Below, one piece after another: positions 40,501 to 52,500 of a DNA stretch of 64,000 nucleotides. Within the stretch, counting starts at the first letter, position 1. Each line of letters starts with the position of its first letter. Source of the stretch: Raja brachyura (lineage: Eukaryota); NCBI GenBank assembly GCA_963514005.1, contig OY740789.1, forward strand, positions 68,324,001 to 68,388,000. Reading direction: 5' to 3'. Below the pieces are notes generated by a model that made no database searches, was not told where the DNA came from, and saw only the letters and a program-made list of their open reading frames with translations. The position numbers and the translations under genes were made by a program.

Positions 40501-43500
40501 TCTTCCTTTTCATCAGATAAAGTGCTAGACATTACACTTTGGACCTGTGAATCACTGGTTCTTAACTGGGCATCTTCAGAACAAACTGTGCTATCCTTCA
40601 TGCACAAATGTGCATCAAGGGTTCTGAGTTCACTGAACTTGGTATCAGAATCCATTTGGCTGTACATGAAAGCATCTGTTGAAGTATATTTGTCATCATT
40701 CATCAAAATATTTGTTTGAGCATCAGACTGTTGCTCCATTATAAACTTGGTAAATGGATACCCTTCTCCACCTTTAGTTGCAGTGCATCCTGTAACCGGA
40801 TGCTGCCACATTACAAAATGTTTTCGAGCTTCATGTTTTGACGAGGATTTTTCTGTTTGACTCATTTCATTCTTCATTGAAACTGAGTGAACGCTATCAC
40901 AACCCTTGCCTTGCAACACACTTCCCAACACAGATCTGGTTGAATTTTGTGTTAACGGTCTCAGAATATCTTTCTCTACAGACAAACTATTGTCTAAGTC
41001 ATTATTTTCTCCAGGAAAAGAGGACCATCTATCATTGGAAGATATTCTTTGGGTGCCTGGGTCTTTTTCCACATTTGTTGCATATTTTGCAAACATTATG
41101 GGGTGAAGTTGCTGTAATAAAGGTTTAGCAACTCGATGCGATTCAGTCTCATTGTTTGATTGCCTATGGCAATGTAACTCTTCTCTAGGTGAAATAAATT
41201 GTTCAGTTTCAGAAAAGGATTTCTTCTCAAAGTTGCATGAGGTATTGAGCTTGGCTGTATTCATCTCCGAGGCACTGCCATGTATTTGATCATTTTTGTG
41301 ATAGTCACTGTCTCTCAGCTGATTGCGTTGGGATAGTCTGCAGCTTCTTTCTGGTTCTGTAATCTTGCATTGTCTTTCTGTTACCTCCAATTCTGAATCT
41401 GCACCCTTCATGTCAATATCAGCATTTGTACTAGAGGTTTTAGGTTTCAAACTGTTGCATGTGGAAGACAGTATAAATTCTTCAGATTGCATTAGTGAAC
41501 TGGAGTGTTGTGCAGAATATACACCGTCTGACAAATTGGATATTCCTGCTGAAATACTTGTCAATAAATGTTTGGTTTTCATTTCTGCAGTTGAAAGCAC
41601 TCCAGTAACATAAGCCATGTCATGATCAGTACGTGGTGAGTTTTGCACTGTTTCTCCAACAGTTGCAGATGGACTGAGGAAGATTTCCTGCGTTTGAGCT
41701 GAATCCTCTTCCCTATCCAACATGCCTTGATTGTTCTCATCCCGTGGTGTATAATTCTCTCTACAAGTTGCAGGCACAGTTAGCATGTCCAAATTATGCA
41801 CGGCATTAGACTGGAATAGAACACAATTAAACACAGGGGGGATCTGACTTGCTTCAGATGCTTTCATTAATTCAGTACCTGCTTTTCCATAGCAATCCGT
41901 TTCAACTGATGAGATTGCCAGAACTGAATCATCATCAGATGAAACAGTCTCTACATTAGTCTTGGAACCAGACTCACAGAATGACCAAGTACCCGCCATG
42001 ATCAGAGGATTTATGTCATTTCTATTAGGTTTCAAATTTTCCAAATGTATATTGTTATCAAAGGTCATGACCTTCAACTTTGTGTTACTGCCCAAATTAA
42101 AACTCTGCTCGTTTAATGTCAGAGCCCCAACACTCTCCTTTTCTTGAATCACCACTTCATTATTCTGATAGGTTTCTTTTTCATCAACTTCATTCCAGGG
42201 TAGATTCCAGTATCTCTCTGCTGGCATTTCGTCAGAAGCTGTTAACCCAGGTGAATCCATCGCAAAAAGAACACCAGCTTCACCCATATCAGTGAGGCTG
42301 TCCACAGAAATACTTTTCCCTCTGCTTGCAAGTGTGTGGCTTGATGTCTTTATGTGAGATAAGGGAGCGCCAACGCAGTGTGCACTGCCATGGAATGCAT
42401 CAGCTGAGTGTACATCCCTGTCTGCCAGTGAATCCTGGGACATTTCACTATCATCACTTTCACAACAGTTCGCCTGCTGTTTGGATTGCTGTTCCTCTGT
42501 TTCCTCTTTCTGTAACTGCTCCGTTATAGCGTTTGCATATGCGGCTGAGAGAGAGTCCACAGAGTACAAGCTATCATTGTCTGACGGCTCCTCCTCTCCC
42601 AACCAGCCCCTTGGTGAATCATCAGAAACTGCTGTGACATTGGCATTCAGTATTTCTACGCTATTCCACTTCCTCACATTGCAAAGGAGAGGCACATTTT
42701 CCCAATGTTGGGCAAGGTTGACCATTGAAGCCCCCTGGATGGGATGCTGGCCCTCGGTGACTGTACAGAAACTTTCAGTCGTGAACAATTGCTTGGCTGG
42801 TGTCCTATTACACATGGTTGTGGGTGTTGAACTATTGCCAGTGCTCTCAAGTGCACATTTCCATGATGCATCCTTCTTCACATCCTCATCTGTTAATCCA
42901 AGCATCTTATCTGAGATTCTTTGGCCATCTCCTGAACATGCCATCAAGTATGATCTTCGCGTCTTAGTCTCGGAGACAATACTGACTTGGACCTCTGGCT
43001 GGTCGCTGCCGCTTTCAATTGTTTTTGACTGCCCTGGGCTGTTTTTAATTAACGGCTTTACAGCTCTGACATCCTTGTGCTCAGCACCTTTGCATTTCTG
43101 TTGTAATTGGTTCCAAACCGGTGAAATTATTTTGCTCCCCCCTTTTAAAGCTTGCTTCCTTGTTATGGGGAATGCCATTTTGGGTAAAGATCCCACTGAA
43201 AGAGATTTCTGTGCTTTGCGGTGAATCTTCTTCATTTGAGTTGAGGTAGCCAAACTTTTTGTCTTCAGGAAATCACTGTAAAAATCATTGGAAAATATTA
43301 AATGTAATTAAAATTGTTAGTAAGTCAAACTTATTTAAAAAAAAATTAAATCCCTTAATTTCCCTTAGTCTTGTGATTCAGCCTGTTCAGGTTGATAATT
43401 ATGCTTTAAAAAAAAAGCTACTTAGCCCCGGTGTTTGTCAGAACTGTTACTTGACATTCTTATTGGGGTCATGAGAGCTCAGTGTTGCCACTGGGGCAGT

Positions 43501-46500
43501 TGTGTTTGGTCCCTCTCAGCGACTTGCAGATAAAACACTGTGCCACGCAGCCACAGCCATGTTCTGCAGGACTGGAAGTGTCTTTTCTCAGGTGAGACAT
43601 CAAACTGACGGTGCAGGAGGATGCAAAATAAATTCCCACATCCATCTGACCAGACCAATGTTCATCCCTGAGGCAACATCACAAACAGGTTCCTAATTAT
43701 TATCTCACTGCTTGCTGTGTGCAAATGGGCTATGGCCTAATTACACAGACATCAAGGTCATCGTTAAAAGTACTTCACAAACTGTAAAGCACTTTGAGAT
43801 ACACAAAATGCTGGAGAAACTCAGCGGGTGCAGCAGCATCTATGGAGTGAAGGAGATAGCTGCTGCGGCACCCGCTGAGTTTCTCCAGCATTTTGTGAAC
43901 CCTCGATTTTCCAGCATCTGCAGTTCCTTCTTTAACTCTTAAGCACTTTGAGATGCCTGATGTTGTGAAAGTTACTGTAAGTTACTGCTGAATGATAGTA
44001 AATCAATTTCCCATGACCTGATGGTGAGGATGTGAATCTAGTCTGCTTTTAGTGCATTTCTTACTTTTTAAATGTACTTTGATTGAATAAAAGACCGTGT
44101 GCTTGTTACAAAGCAGAAGGCTGATCAATATTAAATCCTATTAGGTAGTTCTCTACTCACAAGCTGCAAACAAACAAATTGACGATACCATGAAAGCATA
44201 CCTGTAAAATGGTGCATACTGTGGGTACAGGTGTGATACCCGGTCACTTGAATCTGAATGTCTCCTAGTGAGAAAGGGAATGGATAATGAACGCCTTCTC
44301 GTGGGTAAGGAGCTTGGAGGGAATGATTTGTTCCACCTTGCCAGTTTAGGATTCATGGCAGTTTGTAAAGTGCTGGCTTTGCCCACTGTCGATTGTCCCA
44401 ATTGCTTCCTGCTGAGTAAACTTGCAGCTTCCAAGTGTCGCAATTTTGTCTTTGCCTCTAAAAGCTTGTGCTTCTCAGCGATTCTCTCCAGCTGATACTT
44501 GACTCTCTTCTTGCGAATACTTCGCTCAGCTTTCCTCAATGAGAGCCTTTGCAGAAGCTCCAGCTGCACCAATCGCTTTCGGTCCTGCTCGATTAAAGGA
44601 ATCTCTTCCATTTGCAGAGAGATCTGGACTCCACACTCAGCAAACGATGCCAAGTCAGTCTGTGTCCCCAGCTCTTGTCTCTGCTGTTCCAGGCAAACCA
44701 AGCGGTTTTCTTCATTTGCTAGATGTTGCTTGTCTGGGGGAAAAAAATAAAATAATCGAATGTTAGAAACATATCCATTCTGACAACATCTGTGATGACT
44801 GAAACATTGTTGTTGGTTTAGATTCAGCAATTTCTGCCTTGGCTTCTCCTTATTCACGATTCATCAGGTGGGGGACAAGAATAAAACGTGGGAATGGTTA
44901 ACAGTCAATCGTGTGCACAGCTACTGTCAGTTTTAATGCAGCGTTAAATGCCATTCAAGTTTACTGGTCTAGAAAGCTGAGCCACCTCTTCAACATATTT
45001 TCATAAGAGTACGGAAGTTATTTTAAAGATGTCCAGGGCAAGTTATTTTTACACAGAATGATGGGTGCCTGAAACGCACTGATAGGGGTAGTGATGGAAG
45101 TAGATACGATAGCCGTGTTTAGGAAGCTATGGGAAAGGCATATGGATATACAAGGGATGGGGGGGATATGGATCACCTGCAGGCAGGGGGGGTCAGTTTA
45201 ACATCATCCTGTTTGACGCAGACATTGTGGGCCAAAGGTCCTGTCCTGTGCTGTTTTAGCTTTGTACCACGATGCCCCAACACATTTAATTTAGCAGTTG
45301 CCAAAGAGCGATTGAGACCACTGAGGCAGGAGAGGCTGGCTCTTGGATAGTAGTAGGCGATTTTCTGCGACATCCTCATAAATCTTTTCTGAACCCTTTC
45401 AAGCTTGACAATATCTTTCCCACAACATGGTGCCCAGGACTGGACACAATATTCTAAATGTGGTCTCACCAACGTCTTATACAACTGCAACATGACCTCC
45501 CAATTTCTATACTCAATACTCCGGTTGATGAAGGCTTTTTTTGACCACCTTATCTACCTGCCACTCTATCTTCAAGGAACCATGCACCTGTACTCCTAGA
45601 TCCCTCTGCTCTACAACACTACACAGAGGCCTACCATTTACTGTGTAGGTCCTGCTCTTGTTCAACGTCCCAAAATGAAAAACCTCACACTATTAAATTC
45701 CATCAACCATTCCTCCACCCACCTGGCCAATCAATTGTTCACAACCATCTTCACTATCTGCAAAGCCACTAACTTTTGTATCATCAGCAAACTTGCTAAT
45801 CTTTCCCTGCAGGTTCTCATCCGAATCATTGATGCAGATGACAAACAATAATGGGCAATTTCAACCAGGGCTCCCGCAATTTCCTCTCTAGTTTCCCACA
45901 ATGTCCTCAGATTAGGCCCTGGAGATTTGTCTACCGTCAAACACGACAGTACCTTCAGTACTCTTCGACGGTAACACTGACAAGACACTTCCAGTGACTG
46001 CCCCAAGTTCCTCCGCCCTACTGTCTTTCTCCTTGGTAAATACAGAGGAGAAATACTCATTTAAGACCTTGCCCATCTCTTGTGGCTCCACACAGGTGAC
46101 CGCTTTGATTCCTCAGAGGTCCCACTCTCACTCTAGTTACCCTTTTCCTCATTATGTACTTATAAAATCTTTTGGGATTCTCCTTAATGCTACCCGCCAG
46201 AGCCATCTCCTGGCCCCTTTTTGCATTTCAGGTTTCCTTTTTTAGTTTACTCCTTAGTTCCCGAAACTCCTACAGGGATGCACTTGATCCAGGGATGCAC
46301 TATACCCTGCCCCATGCAACCGTCTTGTTTTTGACTAACGTCCCAATTTCCCTCATCAGCCAAGCTTCCTTAGATTTACCTGCTTTGCCCTTCACTCTAA
46401 CGGGGACGTACACATCCTGAGCTTTCTTCAGTACACTTTTAAAAACACCCCACTTGGCCGATGTTCCTTTCCCCTCTAATAACCTGATCTAGTCAACTTG

Positions 46501-49500
46501 AGCAAGACCTTCTCTCACACCCTCAAAGTTGGCCTTACCCCAGTTGAGCATTTTAACACATGGACCCTCTCCGTCCCTATCCATAACTATCTTAAACCTA
46601 ATCAAACTGTGGTCACTGGTCCCAAAAGGCTCCTCCACATACACTTCATTAACTAGCCCTTCCCAATTTCCCAATACTAGATCCAGCGTTGCCCTCTCAC
46701 GTGTGGGGGCCTCCACATACTACTTCAGAAAACTCTCCTGAACACTTTTGAGGAATTACACCCCATCTGAACGCTTCACGCTATGAATTTCCCAGTCTAT
46801 ATTTGGAAAGTTTAAATCCCCTACTGCAAAATCCCCTGTCTCTCCTGAAGCTCCTGTACCCCAGAACATTGAGCTGCCAGTCCTGCCCCTCCCTTAACCA
46901 GGTTTCAGTCACGGCCACAACGTCCCAGTCGCTCATAGCTATCCAGAAAAACAAATGCACCGCTGTAGCAATTAGCCCTGCCACCTCACAGCTTCTGCGA
47001 CCTTGGAAAAACTTCACTTCAGTAGTGTCTATGCGGAGCTTGCACATTCTCTCAGGTTATGTGGGTTTCTTACTACACCACAAAGAAGTATTGAATTGAC
47101 CTGCAAATTTGTGTAGATTAATGAAAATAAAAAACAAAGTGAAGTCGATGGGCATGCATTAAAGTAAAGGTGCAGGTGTATAGGGAAATAAATTGTTCTG
47201 ATAGGCACTGACACGGACCTGAAGGGCTAAATAACATCCTCTGTCATTATATGTTAAAAAAAAAGGCAAAGCTGCAGCTTCCGACAAGGGCAGCTACTCT
47301 TCCCTGTAATTTCAGAAAGCATCTGCTACTGATGGCATTAGGAATGCTGCAGCCAAAGGAACATGTAATATTTATTCAGTTCCCATCGTCATTGGGAATC
47401 TCCTATTCATCAGTCTCTGGAAGTAAGCATGCAGCTACAGCAGGCAGTGAAGAAAGCGAATGGCATGTTGGCCTTCATAACAAGAGGAGTTGAGTATAGG
47501 AACAAAGAGGTCCTTCTACAGTTGTACAGGGCCCTACCGAGACCACACCTGGAGTATTGTGTGCTGTTTTGGTCTCCATATTTGAGGAAGGACATTCTTG
47601 TTACTGAGTGTGTGCTGCGTAGGTTTACAAGGTTAATTCCCGAGATGGCGGGACTGTCATATGTGGAAAGAATGGACCTTGTGTACAATGGAATTTAGAA
47701 GAATGAGAGGGGATCATTGAAACATATAAGATTATTAAGGGATTAGACACGCTAGAGGCAGGAAACAAGCTCCCGATGTTGGGGGAGTCCAGAAGCAGGA
47801 GCCACAGTTTAAGAATAAGGGGCAGGCCATTTAGAACGGTGATGAGGAAAAACCTTTTCACCCAGAGAGTTGTGAATCTGTGGAATTCTATGCCTCAGAA
47901 GGCACTGGAGGTCAATTTTCTGGATTCTTTCAAGAGAGAGCTAGATAGGGCTCTAAAAAATAGCGGAGTCAATGGATATGGGGAGATGGCAGGAACAGGG
48001 TGCTGATTGTGGATGATCAGCCATGATCACATTGAATGGCGGTGCTGGCTCGAAGGGCCAAATGGCCTACTCCTGCACCTATTGCCTATTGTCTATTGTC
48101 ATACCGTGAGCGAGTGGAGAAGGGTGAGACTACGTACTTTCCTCAATCCGCAGCTTTAGCTGCTCCTGATCGTCTGTAAGCTCTTGTTCTGCTGTTGACT
48201 GCGTTGCTTGAATGCGTTGGCGCAGTTCCTCAATGTAGCATTGTTGCTGGCGTATCTGTTCTTGGTAGAATATTTCCAATCCCCTCAGCTTCTGTTTGTA
48301 TTCCTCGTACTCCTGCTGCTTGCTCTGGCAACCCTGCCGCAGTTCCCTCAGCTGCCTCCTGAGAACAAACAACAGATTAAACCCCCTTGCTTGGGTGCAA
48401 GGTACACTTAACTCCAGACTTAACGCTACACTGCAAAGTGTACAAAGTTCACTGCACCTCCCACTGCAAGAGCTCTGGCAGCTCGGACAGGGAACCTATG
48501 GTTGAAGCTGGCCGCGCATTACCAGGGCAACAATAGCAATGGAGAAACAAGGGGCAGCAGATGTTGGAATCCTGAGCAAAAAACTAACTGCTGGAGGAAC
48601 TCAACAAGTCAGGATGGCCATCACAAGTCCATCGGTCTGAAGAAGGGCCCAGACCAAAAACGTCTGTCTATTTCCCTTCCCCAAATGCCACCCGACCTGC
48701 TGACTTTCTCCAGTGGTTTGTTGCTCAGGGGAAGAGCAATAACTGGCACTTCGCTTGGTTCCTTCCCCATTATTACAGATGCTGGTTTAAATCAAAGGTA
48801 GACACAAAATGCTGGAGTAACTCAGTGGGTGAGGCAGCATCTCTGGAGAGAAGGAATGTGCGACGTTTCGGGTCGAGACCCTTCTTCAGACTGACCTGCA
48901 AATTGCCCTTTGGTGTAGATCAATGAAAAAAAATAACAAAGTGAAGTCGATGGGCATGCATTAAAGTATAGGTGTAGGTGTACAGGGAAATAAATTAGTT
49001 CTGATAGGCACTGACATGGATCTCAACACCTCTTTTAAGGGAGTGGAGGAAATCGACCCACACGACCTGTGCTTCAGTTTCATGCCGGTTGGGGCAAATG
49101 GAATACAAAGGTTTAGTTGTTAAGAACACCAGCTGATGTATAAAACTAGCCATTTCACTCAAGGACGGGCAGTTCCCAGCAGAGCCGGAGGTATGGGTGC
49201 ATGGCACTGATAGGTAACGAGCACAGCAACACGCTCTAGCCCGGCATACCTTCATCTGACACTTGACCAACGTCACACACGATACTCCAACTTTAGCAGC
49301 TAGACCCTGGCATCAACATCACTGATCATTGGGCCTACTGCACTTCTGTGCTGTATCACTCGATAACTCCCAAGGTTAAACAACCCAGATCACAGAACAG
49401 TCAAGCACGGAAACAGATGTTCTCCACTAGTGGCGGGTGTGGACTTTATGCCAACATACACGTCTTGCATACCGGTACAAGTCAATTAGTGCAACTATAA

Positions 49501-52500
49501 AAGTTAAACTTATCTATCAACACAAAGAAAAATAACAGCTGAATATCATTAAAAAAGCCTTGCATTAATCACATAAAACACAAGCACCAAGACTGTCAGA
49601 AGTTTTTTAAATGAGCCAGCAATCAAATAGCTACTACCTAACACAGAGTTAATAATAATTAAAAAAAACAATATTCATAAGTTGTACGGGTGAATTGAAA
49701 TGTTACACTGAGTCGTGAGCACTGCAGCAGCTTGCCTTCCTCCCGCTGACTCGATGAATAAGTAGTTTGAGGATGAGTGAGTAGTCAGAACAATGCTGGG
49801 AGTCGGTGATCCAGTGAACTCACACACCCACAGTAGATCAGTGCAAAGTGAAGGCACAGCCACGCTATTCTAAATAGTCTGTGCCAAACCTGCTGCTGCC
49901 ATGACAACTAAAGAAGCCATTTCAGTAACTGTCTTTCTTCTGAGAACAAACAGCAGGTTTAAAAGATAGGCATTCGGCCAGCCATTGAAATTAAATATAT
50001 TTAATTACAAAGATTGACTTAAAAGCAGCATTACTTTAATTACAGCAATCCTCACTTTCATCTAGATATCAGATCAAATTAGAAAAAACAAAAAATATGG
50101 AATATATATCCACCTACAATTTGCAAGATAAATTTAAAAGATAAAAAACATTAAATGAATATTTTATGCAAGGAAAAGGGCTGAAGTAGTGGTGCAGCAG
50201 TTACTGAAGCCACTTCATAGTTCCATTGGCCCTGGTTCAATCCTCAACACTGCAGGGAATGGAGGATATAGACCACGTGCAGGTAAATGCGGATAGGTAG
50301 CTAAGTAGGTTGGTAGGCTTTAGAAGTCTATAGACTTCTATCACAACAGTGCATCAGGGCCAATCGTGGTGCCACAGGCCTGGTGGCGGTTGCTATTCTC
50401 CTCTGATACAGTTATCATAGAAGGACAGAATTAAACTTGCCTGGCAGGTGGATAGATCCAACCACGGGTGGGGTAATGAGAAGGTTGACGCAAATAAAGA
50501 ACGTAGAGACCAAGTTCTGTAGATGCAGCGGACAGGAGCACAGTAGGGTGTAAGAGTAGATTGTTGGTTTAACGCGCATTTATATCATTGCAAAAGGCCT
50601 GATAGGTAAGGCAGATGAAGTCAGACCATGGATTGGCACATGGGACTAGCGCAGCAGTTCTTAACCTGGGGGTCGTGACTCCCATGGGGGTCTTTTTTTG
50701 GGTTTTTCCAGGGGTCATGAAGGGGTCATAAATAGCATATCAATTTGTTGAGCCCATTTTTAGGAACCTAACAAAGGTACATACAACACACAGTATTTTG
50801 CGTGTGCGCATACATATACGTACACGAACTGTGTGTGTTGTGAATCATGTCTGGCAAGAAGCACAAGAAGTGCCAAGAAGTAAAGTGAAGCATTTCTCAA
50901 GTTTGGCTTCACAAGCATTGTTCAAAAATCCGTGGTCAAGCCAAGCCGCAATGTATTGTCTGTGCCAAGGTGTCAAGCCAGGAGAGCATGAAGCCCAGCA
51001 AACTGAACATCCATTCGGAGTCTTGTCACAGCGACCTGGTGGGAAGGACGTGGACTATTTCAAACGTAAAGAAACCGCACTCAAGGGTTCCCGCATCGAT
51101 TCGACGGGTCACTGCGCTCATCAAAATGTAGCAGCGTTGGAGGCTTCATACCGGATTGCTTATCGAATCGCACAGATTAAGAAACCTCACACCATCGGTG
51201 AAGATCTTATCTAGCCATGCTTTCTCGAAGCAGCGAAGTTGGTGCTGGGGGAACAATCAAACAAGTTCAGGCAAATTTCCCTGTCAAATGACACAGTCAA
51301 AAGTCGAATCTCGGATATGAGTAATGATATTCTGCTGCAAGTAGTGAGCGATGTGAAAAGCAGACCAGTGTATTCACTGTAACTGGACGAGTCAACAGAT
51401 GTTGCCTCATGTTCCCAACTGTTAGTCTACGTTCGTTACCTCGACGGAGAAGCCATGAAGGAGGAGTACCTTTTCTCGGAGCCATTGGCCACCACCACTC
51501 GGGGAGAAGATGTGTTCCTCATCAAACATGAGTTTGGCTGGGGACGACTTGTCGGGGTGTATACAGATGGGGCACCTTCCATGGTCGGATGTAGATCCAG
51601 CTTCAAAGCCTTCGTGAAGGATGTCGCTCCCCATGTCTCCTTCACCCACTGCATGATACATCGCCATGCTTTAGCGATGAAGACTCTCCCTCCTGGTCTT
51701 CGAGAAGTGTTTTCAGATATGTGAAGATTGTGAACCACATCCGAGGGAGCGCAACAAACTCAAGAATCTTCAAAGCGATGTGTAAAGAAATGGGCGCCGA
51801 TTTCATTGTTTTGATATTCCACACAGAGGTGCGCTGGCTTTCACGTGGGAACGTTCTCAATCGTGTGATTAAACTTAGAGAGGAAATAGTGCTGTTCTTG
51901 GAGAAAGGGTGTACCGAGAAGGAGAATCAGCTTCAGGAAAAGATGCCGGATGAACTGTTTGTGATGAAGGTTGCTTACTTGGCTGACTTCTTCGCTGAGG
52001 TGAATTCCTTGAACCTGTCATTTCAAGGAAACCTCCCAATGCTACATATGGCTCGTAACTAAGTGGCAGCGTTCAGGAGGAAGATTCACCTTTACCAGAG
52101 AAGAGTCCAGGACGATAACACGACTATTTTCCCTAAGATGACAACTCTCCAGGATGCTACACCAGATACTGAATGATACTTCCACGAGGAGATCTCAACC
52201 CACCTTCTGGCAACTAGTGAGCCATCGAACGTTACTTCACCGGACTGGAGGACCGCTCTCGTGATGAGTGGATCGTCCGACCCTTTTCCGTTGAAGACGG
52301 TGCCATCAGCGATACAGACGTGGCTGCGAAGGTTGAATTCTACCGAATTCATGAAGATGCGCAGCTCAAGAGCTCGCCACAGTTTGGCTGAAAGTGAAGG
52401 ACTGTCCTGTTATTTCGAAGAGTGCCCTGATCCTACTGGTCCAGATCCCCTCAACCTATCGCTGTGAGGCTGGATTCTCAACCATGGTAACTCTGAAAAG

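Noticed and set aside
32389-43224. Numerous + strand ORFs (e.g. 42481..43224, 39646..40185)
   Set aside because: Antisense shadows of the giant STARD9 exon.
32019-43253. The 3744-aa ORF as a stand-alone intronless or viral gene
   Set aside because: It has a TTG pseudo-start, is bounded by splice sites, and is in phase with flanking STARD9 exons.
50185-50255. tRNA-like A/B boxes (also at about 1845-1905 and 12680-12745)
   Set aside because: Decayed SINE heads; no cloverleaf can be built.
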